A DNA stretch of 27,175 nt, from the IMG/VR virus record IMGVR_UViG_3300032373_001141, positions 1-27,175 of that record; one strand, written 5' to 3'. Position 1 is the stretch's first letter. Every line of letters starts with the position of its first letter. The position numbers and the translations under genes are program-made. The notes below the pieces were generated by a model, which was not told the origin of the DNA, made no database searches, and worked only from the letters and a program-made list of their open reading frames with translations. Of the stretch, positions 8,706 through 16,190 are shown piece by piece. Source of the stretch: a virus. Taxonomy: Duplodnaviria > Caudoviricetes.

Positions 8706-9475
8706 GATTTGTATCGCTATTCGCTGGAATTGGGGGTTTTGACCTTGGTCTTGAACGCGCCGGGTGGGAGTGCGTCGGGCAGGTCGAACAGAACGAGTTT
8801 TGTCTGCGGGTGCTTGAACAGCACTGGCCCCGGGTCAAACGAATTAAAGATGTCCGGAGTGTAAAAGGTGACGAATTTGGACCAGTTGACGCTCTCTGCG
8901 GAGGTTTTCCCTGCCAAGATTTGTCAGTCGCGGGAAAGCGCGCCGGAATTGACGGGGACCGTAGCGGCCTATGGTCAGAATACACCCGTCTTATTGGCGT
9001 CATGGGACCGGAAGTCGTTGTCGTGGAGAACGTCACAAACCTGCTTAGTGGCCCAAGCCACAAGAGAGGCGGCTGGTTTGGCCGAGTTCTCAGCGACTTG
9101 GCCGCGCTCCGGTATGATGCGGAATGGCATTGTGTACCGGCTTCCTACGTTGGTCTCCGGCACCTTCGGGACCGAGTTTGGATTGTGGCCTACCCCAAAC
9201 GCGACGGCGTACAAAGGGGGCCGAACATCTCCGCGGCGTGGCAAAGCCAATCCAGAGAAGAACAACTGGCAGGACTTTTGCAGCCTGGTACTTGGCCAAC
9301 GGTATCCGGTGCCAGAGACCGCGGAACAGGTCATGGGATTCCCAACGGGACACACCGAAATATGTCCATCGGAAATGCAGTCTCCCCTCAACTCGCAGAA
9401 CTTATCGGAAGGGTAATCCTGATGGCTGAAAATCATATGTCCGATAACGGGAAAGAGGCCGCAGCCGATGGATGA
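8702..9475 (+). CDS. DNA (cytosine-5)-methyltransferase, large (alpha) polypeptide lacking motif IX
   Basis: TTG start after GGAGG. Motif I SLFAGIGG, IV GGFPCQDLS, VI VENV, VIII HLRDRVWIVA, X IGNAVSPQLA. Confidence 0.93.
   Translation: MRFVSLFAGIGGFDLGLERAGWECVGQVEQNEFCLRVLEQHWPRVKRIKDVRSVKGDEFGPVDALCGGFPCQDLSVAGKRAGIDGDRSGLWSEYTRLIGVMGPEVVVVENVTNLLSGPSHKRGGWFGRVLSDLAALRYDAEWHCVPASYVGLRHLRDRVWIVAYPKRDGVQRGPNISAAWQSQSREEQLAGLLQPGTWPTVSGARDRGTGHGIPNGTHRNMSIGNAVSPQLAELIGRVILMAENHMSDNGKEAAADG
8868..9416 (+). CDS. Nested +1-frame ORF: putative beta subunit of the C5 methyltransferase carrying motif IX
   Basis: 182 codons open inside the MTase. GTG start with GGAG at 8856-8859. LWPTPNA and RYPVPETAEQVMGFPTGHT resemble motif IX (RxxTxRExxRLQGFP). 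Confidence 0.75.
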   Translation: MTNLDQLTLSAEVFPAKICQSRESAPELTGTVAAYGQNTPVLLASWDRKSLSWRTSQTCLVAQATREAAGLAEFSATWPRSGMMRNGIVYRLPTLVSGTFGTEFGLWPTPNATAYKGGRTSPRRGKANPEKNNWQDFCSLVLGQRYPVPETAEQVMGFPTGHTEICPSEMQSPLNSQNLSEG

Positions 9476-9743
9476 CGACACGCTTTTACATATTGCACGG
9501 ACAACGCTGACCAAAACCCAGTACGCCACAATGTCCCGCAAAAAGTGGAAAGACGGCATAGATATTGACGTTCCAACTTTTGAGTTACGAAAACTGGCAC
9601 AAAAAATCATCTTCGTTGAGCGATCAGGAAAGTGTTCTGGGAAAAACACGAATTCGCAGGATTCAGCCATTCCCGAAACCTGTGCCGAAACCCATTCCCG
9701 AATTCGTATGGAGAACCGGGACAGTGAAGGGACTGCAAAATGA
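9468..9743 (+). CDS. Hypothetical protein
   Basis: Overlaps the MTase stop, GAGG upstream, ATGA coupling downstream. Confidence 0.55.
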   Translation: MDDDTLLHIARTTLTKTQYATMSRKKWKDGIDIDVPTFELRKLAQKIIFVERSGKCSGKNTNSQDSAIPETCAETHSRIRMENRDSEGTAK

Positions 9744-9928
9744 CTGATGAACAACTCGCCGAATACCTGAACATACCCGTTGATCTGGTCGGAAAGAGCG
9801 ATGCGGGCAAGCGCGAGACGTACGAACGCATGGCCGAAGTGGAAATTGAAATTGGCCTCTGGCAAGCCGGGATTGCCCCGAAGCCAGAAGGCGTCATCGT
9901 CTGCGGTTCCAGACAAGTGAAACCTTAA
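9740..9928 (+). CDS. Small hypothetical protein (HTH-like start MTDEQLAEYLNIPV)
   Basis: ATGA coupling and operon packing. Confidence 0.65.
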   Translation: MTDEQLAEYLNIPVDLVGKSDAGKRETYERMAEVEIEIGLWQAGIAPKPEGVIVCGSRQVKP

Positions 9929-9935
9929 TCGAGCC

Positions 9936-10046
9936 ATGAGTGACCCAATGAAGCGCAAAGAAATCACGTTCCGAGAATTTATTGAGAGTCAGCGACAACC
10001 CGCTTGGTTCTGGTGGATGCTGATATTTTTAGCAGTGTTTGTTTAA
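9936..10046 (+). CDS. Small C-terminally anchored membrane peptide (36 aa, ...QPAWFWWMLIFLAVFV)
   Basis: Not in the ORF track. Fills the gap between co-oriented genes and has a hydrophobic C-terminus. Confidence 0.55.
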   Translation: MSDPMKRKEITFREFIESQRQPAWFWWMLIFLAVFV

Positions 10047-10062
10047 CGAGGGTGCAGAAATT

Positions 10063-10251
10063 ATGAACGAAGATTTTTGGTTTCACACTTCAATGGGGTT
10101 GTTGTCGATATTGGGTGTCGTGACGATCTCGCCACTCCTGCGCCGTCTCCGCATATGGAACAGAAGGCGGATGTTGAAAAATTTCAATGAAGAAAATGGA
10201 ACAACAATAACTGAATTGAAAATGTTCGGCGAAGAACTGAAACCCCAATAG
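10063..10251 (+). CDS. Small single-TM membrane protein
   Basis: ATG 10063 with GAGG upstream. TM helix followed by a basic patch (RRLRIWNRRR). Confidence 0.6.
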   Translation: MNEDFWFHTSMGLLSILGVVTISPLLRRLRIWNRRRMLKNFNEENGTTITELKMFGEELKPQ

Positions 10252-10265
10252 AGAGGACAGAGACA

Positions 10266-10544
10266 ATGGGAAATCATGATGCAGGGCGGGCGATGGTTGC
10301 GACAGCCTGTGCACTAGCTGACCAACAAGAAAAGACCGGGCAGACAGCCTTGGAGATACTGGATATTGCGTGCGCAGATTTCCGAGGATGCGATGCGGAA
10401 TTTGATGACGCGACTTGGGAAGGGCCGTTCCACGAATTGCTTCAAGAAGCGTTCGGCCCGTATGACAAGTCAACCGACGAAGACGGTGAAGTATTCTACA
10501 CCAAGCTCATTGAGCCTTTTAGCGAACGTTATGGGCTTACCTGA
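10266..10544 (+). CDS. Acidic hypothetical protein
   Basis: GAGGA RBS, co-oriented, 92 aa. Confidence 0.7.
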   Translation: MGNHDAGRAMVATACALADQQEKTGQTALEILDIACADFRGCDAEFDDATWEGPFHELLQEAFGPYDKSTDEDGEVFYTKLIEPFSERYGLT

Positions 10545-10568
10545 AAACGAGGGTGTAAGGGGAATATT

Positions 10569-11360
10569 ATGTCAGTCGAAAAAACAAATCTGGGGCCAAA
10601 GCCCCGTCTGGAATTTCACCCGCCGACAAACCTGATTATTGATGACCGGTATCAACGGTCTGTGGCGCGTGATTCAGGAAGGCGTCTGATTGCCAAGATT
10701 GTTAAGGAATTCCATTGGCCGTTTTTCGGGGTTCTTGTGGCGACAGACAATGGTGATGGCACCTATTGCCTGATTGATGGTCAGCACCGAGCTGAGGCAG
10801 CGCGCCAGCATCCACATGTTCACTCTGTTCCTGTGCTTGTCATCGATGAAATGACCTTAGCCGAGCAGGCCCAAGCGTTTGTGGCGATTAACCAAAGCCG
10901 AGTTCGTCTAAATGCCTTGCAGTTGCACCGGGCGGCGGTGCGGGCCGGTGATCCGCATGCGGTAGAACTTGATCGGATCACCAGAGAGAGCGGTGTTGAG
11001 ATTCCCAATAACAATTTGTCATCGCAGAATATGAGACCCGGTCAAACAATAGCCGTTAAGGCATTGTCTACGATCTTGAAAAAATACGGTGCGGAAACCC
11101 TCAGTAATACCCTGAAGACCGTTATGTCGGCTTATGGGGAAACTTCGGGTGATTTGCGATCCCAAATATTTGCCGCCACGGCGGTTGCCGTTTCCCGCCA
11201 TCCCGACCGATGCAGCGCTATTGCCGAAAAACTGGGCTCAAGCGATTCAGTGACCTGGCAGGAATTTGCACGAGATAATGCCAAATTTGCCGGAACCTCA
11301 ACGGCGGAAGCGTTGGCGCACATGCTGACATCGACTCTCAAGCCCAAAGCCAAACTTTAA
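10569..11360 (+). CDS. Second ParB/Srx-superfamily protein (DGQHR type)
   Basis: IDDRYQRSV...LIDGQHRAEAA...AFVAIN motifs and AAGGGG RBS. Confidence 0.82.
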   Translation: MSVEKTNLGPKPRLEFHPPTNLIIDDRYQRSVARDSGRRLIAKIVKEFHWPFFGVLVATDNGDGTYCLIDGQHRAEAARQHPHVHSVPVLVIDEMTLAEQAQAFVAINQSRVRLNALQLHRAAVRAGDPHAVELDRITRESGVEIPNNNLSSQNMRPGQTIAVKALSTILKKYGAETLSNTLKTVMSAYGETSGDLRSQIFAATAVAVSRHPDRCSAIAEKLGSSDSVTWQEFARDNAKFAGTSTAEALAHMLTSTLKPKAKL

Positions 11361-11393
11361 AAACATGCTCAATATTCTGGAGCTATTCGATTA

Positions 11394-11810
11394 ATGACCG
11401 ACATCACCCGCCCAACTCCCGGTGATGGATTGACTGGTGTCCTGGCCGAACTGGCCGAGGAGATGGGTTCCGTCGCAGGCGCGTTGAGGCTGGCTCAGCA
11501 CTATGGCGGGTTGGTGATCTATGTGCCCGGCAAACCACGCCCGAAACAGGTGATCGCCAGGACATGCGGGCTAGATGTCGCCCGAGCATTGTCGAAACTT
11601 TACAAGAACGAACAAGTATTGGTTCCTTTAGGGTCGACCGATAGCCTCAAACAAAACCGGATACTCAAGATGGAGGGCAGCGCTGCGCAAGTAGCCCGTG
11701 CTGTCGGCTGCACCATTCGTCATGTCCGGTGGGTTAGGGCAAGACAAAAACGGCCAGTCGCGCTGCCGCTGTTCGACGGAATTGACGGCGAAGACAACGA
11801 CGAAACTTGA
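11394..11810 (+). CDS. Mor/C-family late transcription activator
   Basis: LAELAEEMG...ALRLAQHYGGLVIYVP and C-terminal HTH (SAAQVARAVGCTIRHV). Last gene before the lysis/late region, as for Mu C. Confidence 0.85.
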   Translation: MTDITRPTPGDGLTGVLAELAEEMGSVAGALRLAQHYGGLVIYVPGKPRPKQVIARTCGLDVARALSKLYKNEQVLVPLGSTDSLKQNRILKMEGSAAQVARAVGCTIRHVRWVRARQKRPVALPLFDGIDGEDNDET

Positions 11811-11881
11811 CGCACACCCCCATTCTGTTCAACATTCCTGACACCTCATTTCATCATCGCCATAGTGTTTCACGTGCAACG

Positions 11882-11927
11882 GGTGAAATATTTCACCGGT
11901 GAGCGAGAGGGGCCACCCCGCTAATTT
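11882..11927 (+). promoter_or_regulatory. Putative activator-dependent late promoter 1 (palindrome GGTGAAATATTTCACC plus -10 gcTAATTT)
   Basis: Perfect 16-bp palindrome at 11882-11897 and -10-like hexamer at 11922-11927. The same architecture recurs at 19298-19342. Confidence 0.75.
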
Positions 11928-11932
11928 CGGGC

Positions 11933-12409
11933 ATGTTTCAGATACATGTCCACCTCCCCAAGAACCGCTGGTTGCCCGGCTTCCTGATCCTGATGGATGT
12001 AGACGGCAAGCAACTGCTCTACGACATCCCGTGCCGTGGCAAGGCCGATGGCTCGGTCGCTGAAGCAAAAGGCAACCCGGACCGTGATCCGACGCTGCCT
12101 TATGGCGATCTGCCGTCCGGCCTTTTCAAGGAGGTCGCTGTTTCGCGATTTGAACCACCGCGAAGAACGTTCGGTCCAACGGCTATCCTTCTAGTCGGTG
12201 TCACCGGTGACGCCCTGAAGGCCAAAAAAAACGGTCGCACAGGACTCGCCGTTCACGCTAATCGAGGCGACGTCGAACTGATGGCGTCCTACGGCTGCCT
12301 GCGGGTCTTCGATCGGGACATGAAACTGATTACAGAAACCGTTGGTTTTGGCCGGGTGACCGTGACGGTCTTCGATCATGACCATTGGCCACCCCAACTG
12401 GAGAATTAA
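11933..12409 (+). CDS. L,D-transpeptidase (YkuD)-fold Cys enzyme, candidate endolysin
   Basis: GLAVH-x10-SYGCLRV catalytic-type motif and PYGDLPSG. No signal peptide. First gene of the late operon, at the usual lysin position. Confidence 0.72.
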   Translation: MFQIHVHLPKNRWLPGFLILMDVDGKQLLYDIPCRGKADGSVAEAKGNPDRDPTLPYGDLPSGLFKEVAVSRFEPPRRTFGPTAILLVGVTGDALKAKKNGRTGLAVHANRGDVELMASYGCLRVFDRDMKLITETVGFGRVTVTVFDHDHWPPQLEN

Positions 12410-12410
12410 A

Positions 12411-12785
12411 ATGTTGAAGCGATTTTTCGCAATCTGCGCTATCGGCCTGCTTTCCCTTCTTGCCGCCTGCGGTGCCATGCCGGGGAACGATCAGGTTGAC
12501 GCCGGAATCACCAAAGCTACAGTCGAAGTTTGTCAGAAAGGTGAAGCCGCGCCCTATTTCTGTGGCGCTGAAATCATCGATGGCAAGGAAAAAGCATCGG
12601 TCTCCCTTGATATCGAGAAACCGGACGGCTGGAAAGTTCATTACGCCGCAACTGAGGTCAAGGCATTCGATGGCCAGAAGGCGCGTGCTGCTGTCGAACA
12701 GGCCATCTCGGCGGATCTGTCGAAAGCCTTCCCAGACACTGTCGAGAAAATAACCAAGGCCCTGATCGACGTCTTCGCGCCTTAG
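12411..12785 (+). CDS. Lipoprotein (possible spanin-like lysis accessory)
   Basis: Start re-called to ATG 12411 (GGAG RBS). Signal peptide with lipobox LLAAC. Confidence 0.8.
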   Translation: MLKRFFAICAIGLLSLLAACGAMPGNDQVDAGITKATVEVCQKGEAAPYFCGAEIIDGKEKASVSLDIEKPDGWKVHYAATEVKAFDGQKARAAVEQAISADLSKAFPDTVEKITKALIDVFAP

Positions 12786-12794
12786 AGTCGGTTC

Positions 12795-13589
12795 GTGAAG
12801 GGTGCAATGATAAAAGCGCAGATGGCCGACGATCTTCTCCATCAGAAGGTCGCGGCCATCGCCTATATCCGCAATCACCAGATGGTGCGGGATCAGTTGC
12901 AGGATTGCGGGTTTTACAATGTCGAGTTCTATTGTGACCGGTCGACGGGCGCGAATGCCATCCTGGCGCACAATGCCACGCACGCGATCTTGGCAGTGCG
13001 CGGAACGGAAAAAAACTTCGCAGATATTCTGACGGATCTGAAGTTCCGCAAAGAACGGCATCCAGAGTACCGAATTCATCGCGGTTTCGCAGAAGCCTGG
13101 CGCAGCATTTCTGGTGCCGTCCAAGCGGATGTTTCATCGTTTCGTGATCAGGGCATTGAGGTTACTGCAACCGGGCACAGTCTCGGCGGTGCCGTCGCCG
13201 TAAAAGCTGCAACAGATATGTGGCTGGACAAAGTCGTCACATTCGGTGCGCCGAGGATCGGGGACGATAACTTCGGGTTTTTCGTGAACTGGCGCACACA
13301 ACACCGGCGTTACGTGCGCGGGGCAGATGTCGTCCCGTTGGTGCCGCTGATGGCTCAAGGTTTCAAGCACGATTGCGCTGCGCACTACATCGGAGCAGAC
13401 GGTCAGCTGACCGCGAACTGCGAACTGACCCGCGAACTCTGGGGCCGTGCAAAGTCTCTGTTCACCCTGGACTGGCTGATGGTCACCGAAGGCCGTCTGC
13501 CCTGTCCTGCGCCAAAACGCATGTTCACCGATCACCGAATCACCGGATACGGCGCGGATCTACAAAGATTGTTGGAGACCCATGAATGA
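12795..13589 (+). CDS. Class 3 lipase (alpha/beta hydrolase)
   Basis: AVRGTE, IHRGF, nucleophile elbow TGHSLGGA, VTFGAPRIG, ADVVPLVP and C-terminal DH. The start may instead be ATG 12807. Confidence 0.92.
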   Translation: MKGAMIKAQMADDLLHQKVAAIAYIRNHQMVRDQLQDCGFYNVEFYCDRSTGANAILAHNATHAILAVRGTEKNFADILTDLKFRKERHPEYRIHRGFAEAWRSISGAVQADVSSFRDQGIEVTATGHSLGGAVAVKAATDMWLDKVVTFGAPRIGDDNFGFFVNWRTQHRRYVRGADVVPLVPLMAQGFKHDCAAHYIGADGQLTANCELTRELWGRAKSLFTLDWLMVTEGRLPCPAPKRMFTDHRITGYGADLQRLLETHE

Positions 13590-13933
13590 ATTCGCCGGAA
13601 ACGACAAATATTATATTGATTGTGAATTTTGCCTGGACCGTTGTCTGGTCGCTCTTCTTGTTGTGGAAAGTCAGCAAAAACAAGAGCACTGAAACCCTTC
13701 AGGACCATGGGACTCGCATCGACAAGATCGAAACCAAGTTTGAGTTGATGCCCAGCAAGATATCCAGCCATCAGGATGTCGAGCGAGTTCACAAGAGGGT
13801 CGGCGATCTCAGGGATAAAGTTGCAGACGTGGCGGCGGATTCAAAAGCAACCAGAGAAATCGTGGATAGTTTGAAAGGGCTGCTCAATAAGCTGGTCGAT
13901 AACGAATTGGAAAAGGGACGGAAGAAACAATGA
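13586..13933 (+). CDS. N-terminal TM plus coiled-coil protein (Mu gp25-like; possible holin-related)
   Basis: One TM helix then a coiled coil. Position before gp26/gp27 as in Mu. Confidence 0.7.
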   Translation: MNSPETTNIILIVNFAWTVVWSLFLLWKVSKNKSTETLQDHGTRIDKIETKFELMPSKISSHQDVERVHKRVGDLRDKVADVAADSKATREIVDSLKGLLNKLVDNELEKGRKKQ

Positions 13934-14232
13934 ACCTACAACAACAAATCAACGCCATGGTGCGCCTAGCCATCCTTCGGATTCTTCTCGAAGACAACGG
14001 CCACTCCCAGAACCATGAAATTATGACCAGCGCCATCGACACTGCGACGGCTCAATCTCTGACCTATGAGCAGATGAAGAAACATTTCGCCTGGCTTGAG
14101 GATCAGAAATTGATTTCTACTGAGTTTGTCGGCCGCTTCGTCATGGCCGAGTTGACGCGCAAGGGCATCAACGTGGCGCAAGGCAAGGAAGTTGTCCCCG
14201 GCGTCGACAAGCTCGGTCCCGAAGATCGTTGA
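13930..14232 (+). CDS. Mu gp26-like winged-helix protein
   Basis: RLAILRIL...FAWLEDQKLI...AELTRKGINVAQG...PGV, with Mu-like synteny. Confidence 0.82.
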   Translation: MNLQQQINAMVRLAILRILLEDNGHSQNHEIMTSAIDTATAQSLTYEQMKKHFAWLEDQKLISTEFVGRFVMAELTRKGINVAQGKEVVPGVDKLGPEDR

Positions 14233-14244
14233 AGGGGTTATTAA

Positions 14245-14799
14245 ATGCCCCAGCAATCAACCATTAAAAAGCTACCCACCCCAATCATTGAGCGCCTGAA
14301 CTTCCTGATCGCCGAGAATCAACTGACCCTCGACGACTTGACAGCTTGGCTGGATGATCAGGGCCATGATGTTTCCCGATCTGCGGTGGGGCGTCATAGC
14401 AAAAAATACAGGGGCGTTGCCCAAAAGCTCCAGCAGTCCCGCGACATCACCTCTGCTCTGGTCAGAGAACTGGGCGAGGCGGCCGGGCAAGGGGAGCAAG
14501 GTCGACTGCTGGTCGAAATGGCCCGTTCACTGGTGTTCGATCTCCTCGTGAAGATCCAGAACGAAGAGATGGCAGGCCTCAGTCCCAAAGACGTGGCTAT
14601 GCTCGGCAAGGGTCTCGCCGAACTCGGTCGGGCACTGCGCCTCGATCAGGACTTCGAAACCAAGGTCCGGGAACAGGCTGAGAAAGAGGCGCGCGTGAAG
14701 GCCGCTGCGAGCACCGAACAGACGTTGACGAAAGCGGGTATCAAGGAATCGACCCGTAAAATGATTGAAAAGGAAATCCTTGGTCTGGATCGCCCATGA
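14245..14799 (+). CDS. Mu gp27-like protein (putative terminase small subunit)
   Basis: STIKKLP...VSRSAVGRH, directly upstream of the terminase. Confidence 0.85.
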   Translation: MPQQSTIKKLPTPIIERLNFLIAENQLTLDDLTAWLDDQGHDVSRSAVGRHSKKYRGVAQKLQQSRDITSALVRELGEAAGQGEQGRLLVEMARSLVFDLLVKIQNEEMAGLSPKDVAMLGKGLAELGRALRLDQDFETKVREQAEKEARVKAAASTEQTLTKAGIKESTRKMIEKEILGLDRP

Positions 14800-16190
14800 C
14801 TGGATACTTTATGCCCGGCCAGGCCAAATGGCTAAACGATCACTCCCGGATGAAGATATGGAAAAAATCGCGGCGTATCGGTGCGACGTACGTTCAGGCC
14901 TATGAAGATGTAGTTGACGCATCGAAAGCCGGAGGCGCGATGGATGTGTGGTTTTCATCTGCAGATGAGTCGGCCGCCAAAGAATATATCCTTTATTGCG
15001 GGATGTGGGCCAAGCTCCTGGATACGGCGGCTGAAGAACTCGGCGAAGTCGTCATCGACTCCGACAAAGACATTAAGGCGCTGGTTATCCAGTTCGCCAA
15101 TGGCAAGCGGATCCACGGCCTGTCATCCAACCCCAAGGCCTTCCGATCCAAGGGTGGAAAGTTGGTGCTCGATGAGTTTGCCTTTCATGCAGATCCGGAG
15201 GCGCTGTGGAAAGCCGCCGCGCCGATCATCACCTGGGGATATCCGGTGCGCATCCTGTCGACCTACAACGGCAAGGGTAATCGTTACTACCGCATGGTCG
15301 ATGAAGCCGAAAAGGGCAACGGCTGGTCAGTCCATACAACGACAATTGAAGACGCTGTCGCAGAAGGTTTGGTTGATAAAGTATACGGTCGCCCGGCCAC
15401 GCTCGAGGAGCGACAAGCTTACCTTGACGAATGCCGATCCATCGCCGGTGATGATGAGACCTATCAGCAGGAGTACATGTGTAATCCGGTTGATGAGGCG
15501 ACAGCCTGGCTGACCTGGAACATGATTATCGCCTGCGAGGATCCTCTGGCCGGACGCCCGGAACTTTACGAGGGCGGTGACGTATACATCGGCGAAGACA
15601 TTGGCCGCCACAGCGACCTGACTGTTTTCTGGGTGCTGGAGCGGGTTGGCGACATCCTCTGGACCCGCGAGGTCGTTCCCATGAAGAAAGCCAAGTTCGC
15701 CGAACAGGACGCTGAGCGCGATCGCCTTCATGAGCATTACCGCGTCCGCCGCCAATGCATGGACGAAACCGGCCTCGGCATGAAACCGGTCGAAGATGCC
15801 AAGGCCACGCACGGCGAGTTCCGGGTCGAGGGCGTTGTCTTCACCAATGCCAACAAACATCACCTGGCTAATCTGGGCAAAACCCATTTTGAAGATCGCC
15901 TGGTCAGGATCCCGCCGACCAAGGCGATCCGCAACTCGCATCACGCGGTTCGCAAGCTGCAGACAGTGACCGGCAATCCACGCTTTGACGCCGACCGTTC
16001 CGAAGTCGGACATGCCGATGAGTTCTGGGCCCACATGCTGGCCCTGCATGCTGCGGAGGAACTGCTCAAGCCTGCAGCCGGTACGACGGTGGAACGGGAT
16101 CCGGACGCGATCCGGGCCAGCCAGGTCAACCGACCATCACACAATTTCACCCGCAATCCAGCCCGACCGATCATGAGGAGACCCATATGA
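14796..16190 (+). CDS. Terminase large subunit (Mu gp28-like)
   Basis: KKSRRIGAT Walker A variant, VLDEFAFH Walker B, ILSTYNG, nuclease motifs GEDIGR / DETGLG / HADEFWA. Confidence 0.94.
   Translation: MTGYFMPGQAKWLNDHSRMKIWKKSRRIGATYVQAYEDVVDASKAGGAMDVWFSSADESAAKEYILYCGMWAKLLDTAAEELGEVVIDSDKDIKALVIQFANGKRIHGLSSNPKAFRSKGGKLVLDEFAFHADPEALWKAAAPIITWGYPVRILSTYNGKGNRYYRMVDEAEKGNGWSVHTTTIEDAVAEGLVDKVYGRPATLEERQAYLDECRSIAGDDETYQQEYMCNPVDEATAWLTWNMIIACEDPLAGRPELYEGGDVYIGEDIGRHSDLTVFWVLERVGDILWTREVVPMKKAKFAEQDAERDRLHEHYRVRRQCMDETGLGMKPVEDAKATHGEFRVEGVVFTNANKHHLANLGKTHFEDRLVRIPPTKAIRNSHHAVRKLQTVTGNPRFDADRSEVGHADEFWAHMLALHAAEELLKPAAGTTVERDPDAIRASQVNRPSHNFTRNPARPIMRRPI

Noticed and set aside
9668-9703. 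Short imperfect repeats (CCGAAACC twice, CATTCCCGAA twice)
   Set aside because: Too short and irregular for a CRISPR array, iterons or transposase end sites.
8975-9967. 330-aa minus-strand ORF across the MTase region
   Set aside because: No recognisable motifs, antisense to well-supported + strand genes (two frames already coding), and no RBS evident. Treated as a shadow ORF.
12330-13124. 264-aa minus-strand ORF, and similar ones at 15327-16049, 17445-18137 and 23960-24712
   Set aside because: Antisense shadows of clear phage genes, common in GC-rich DNA. No protein-like motifs.
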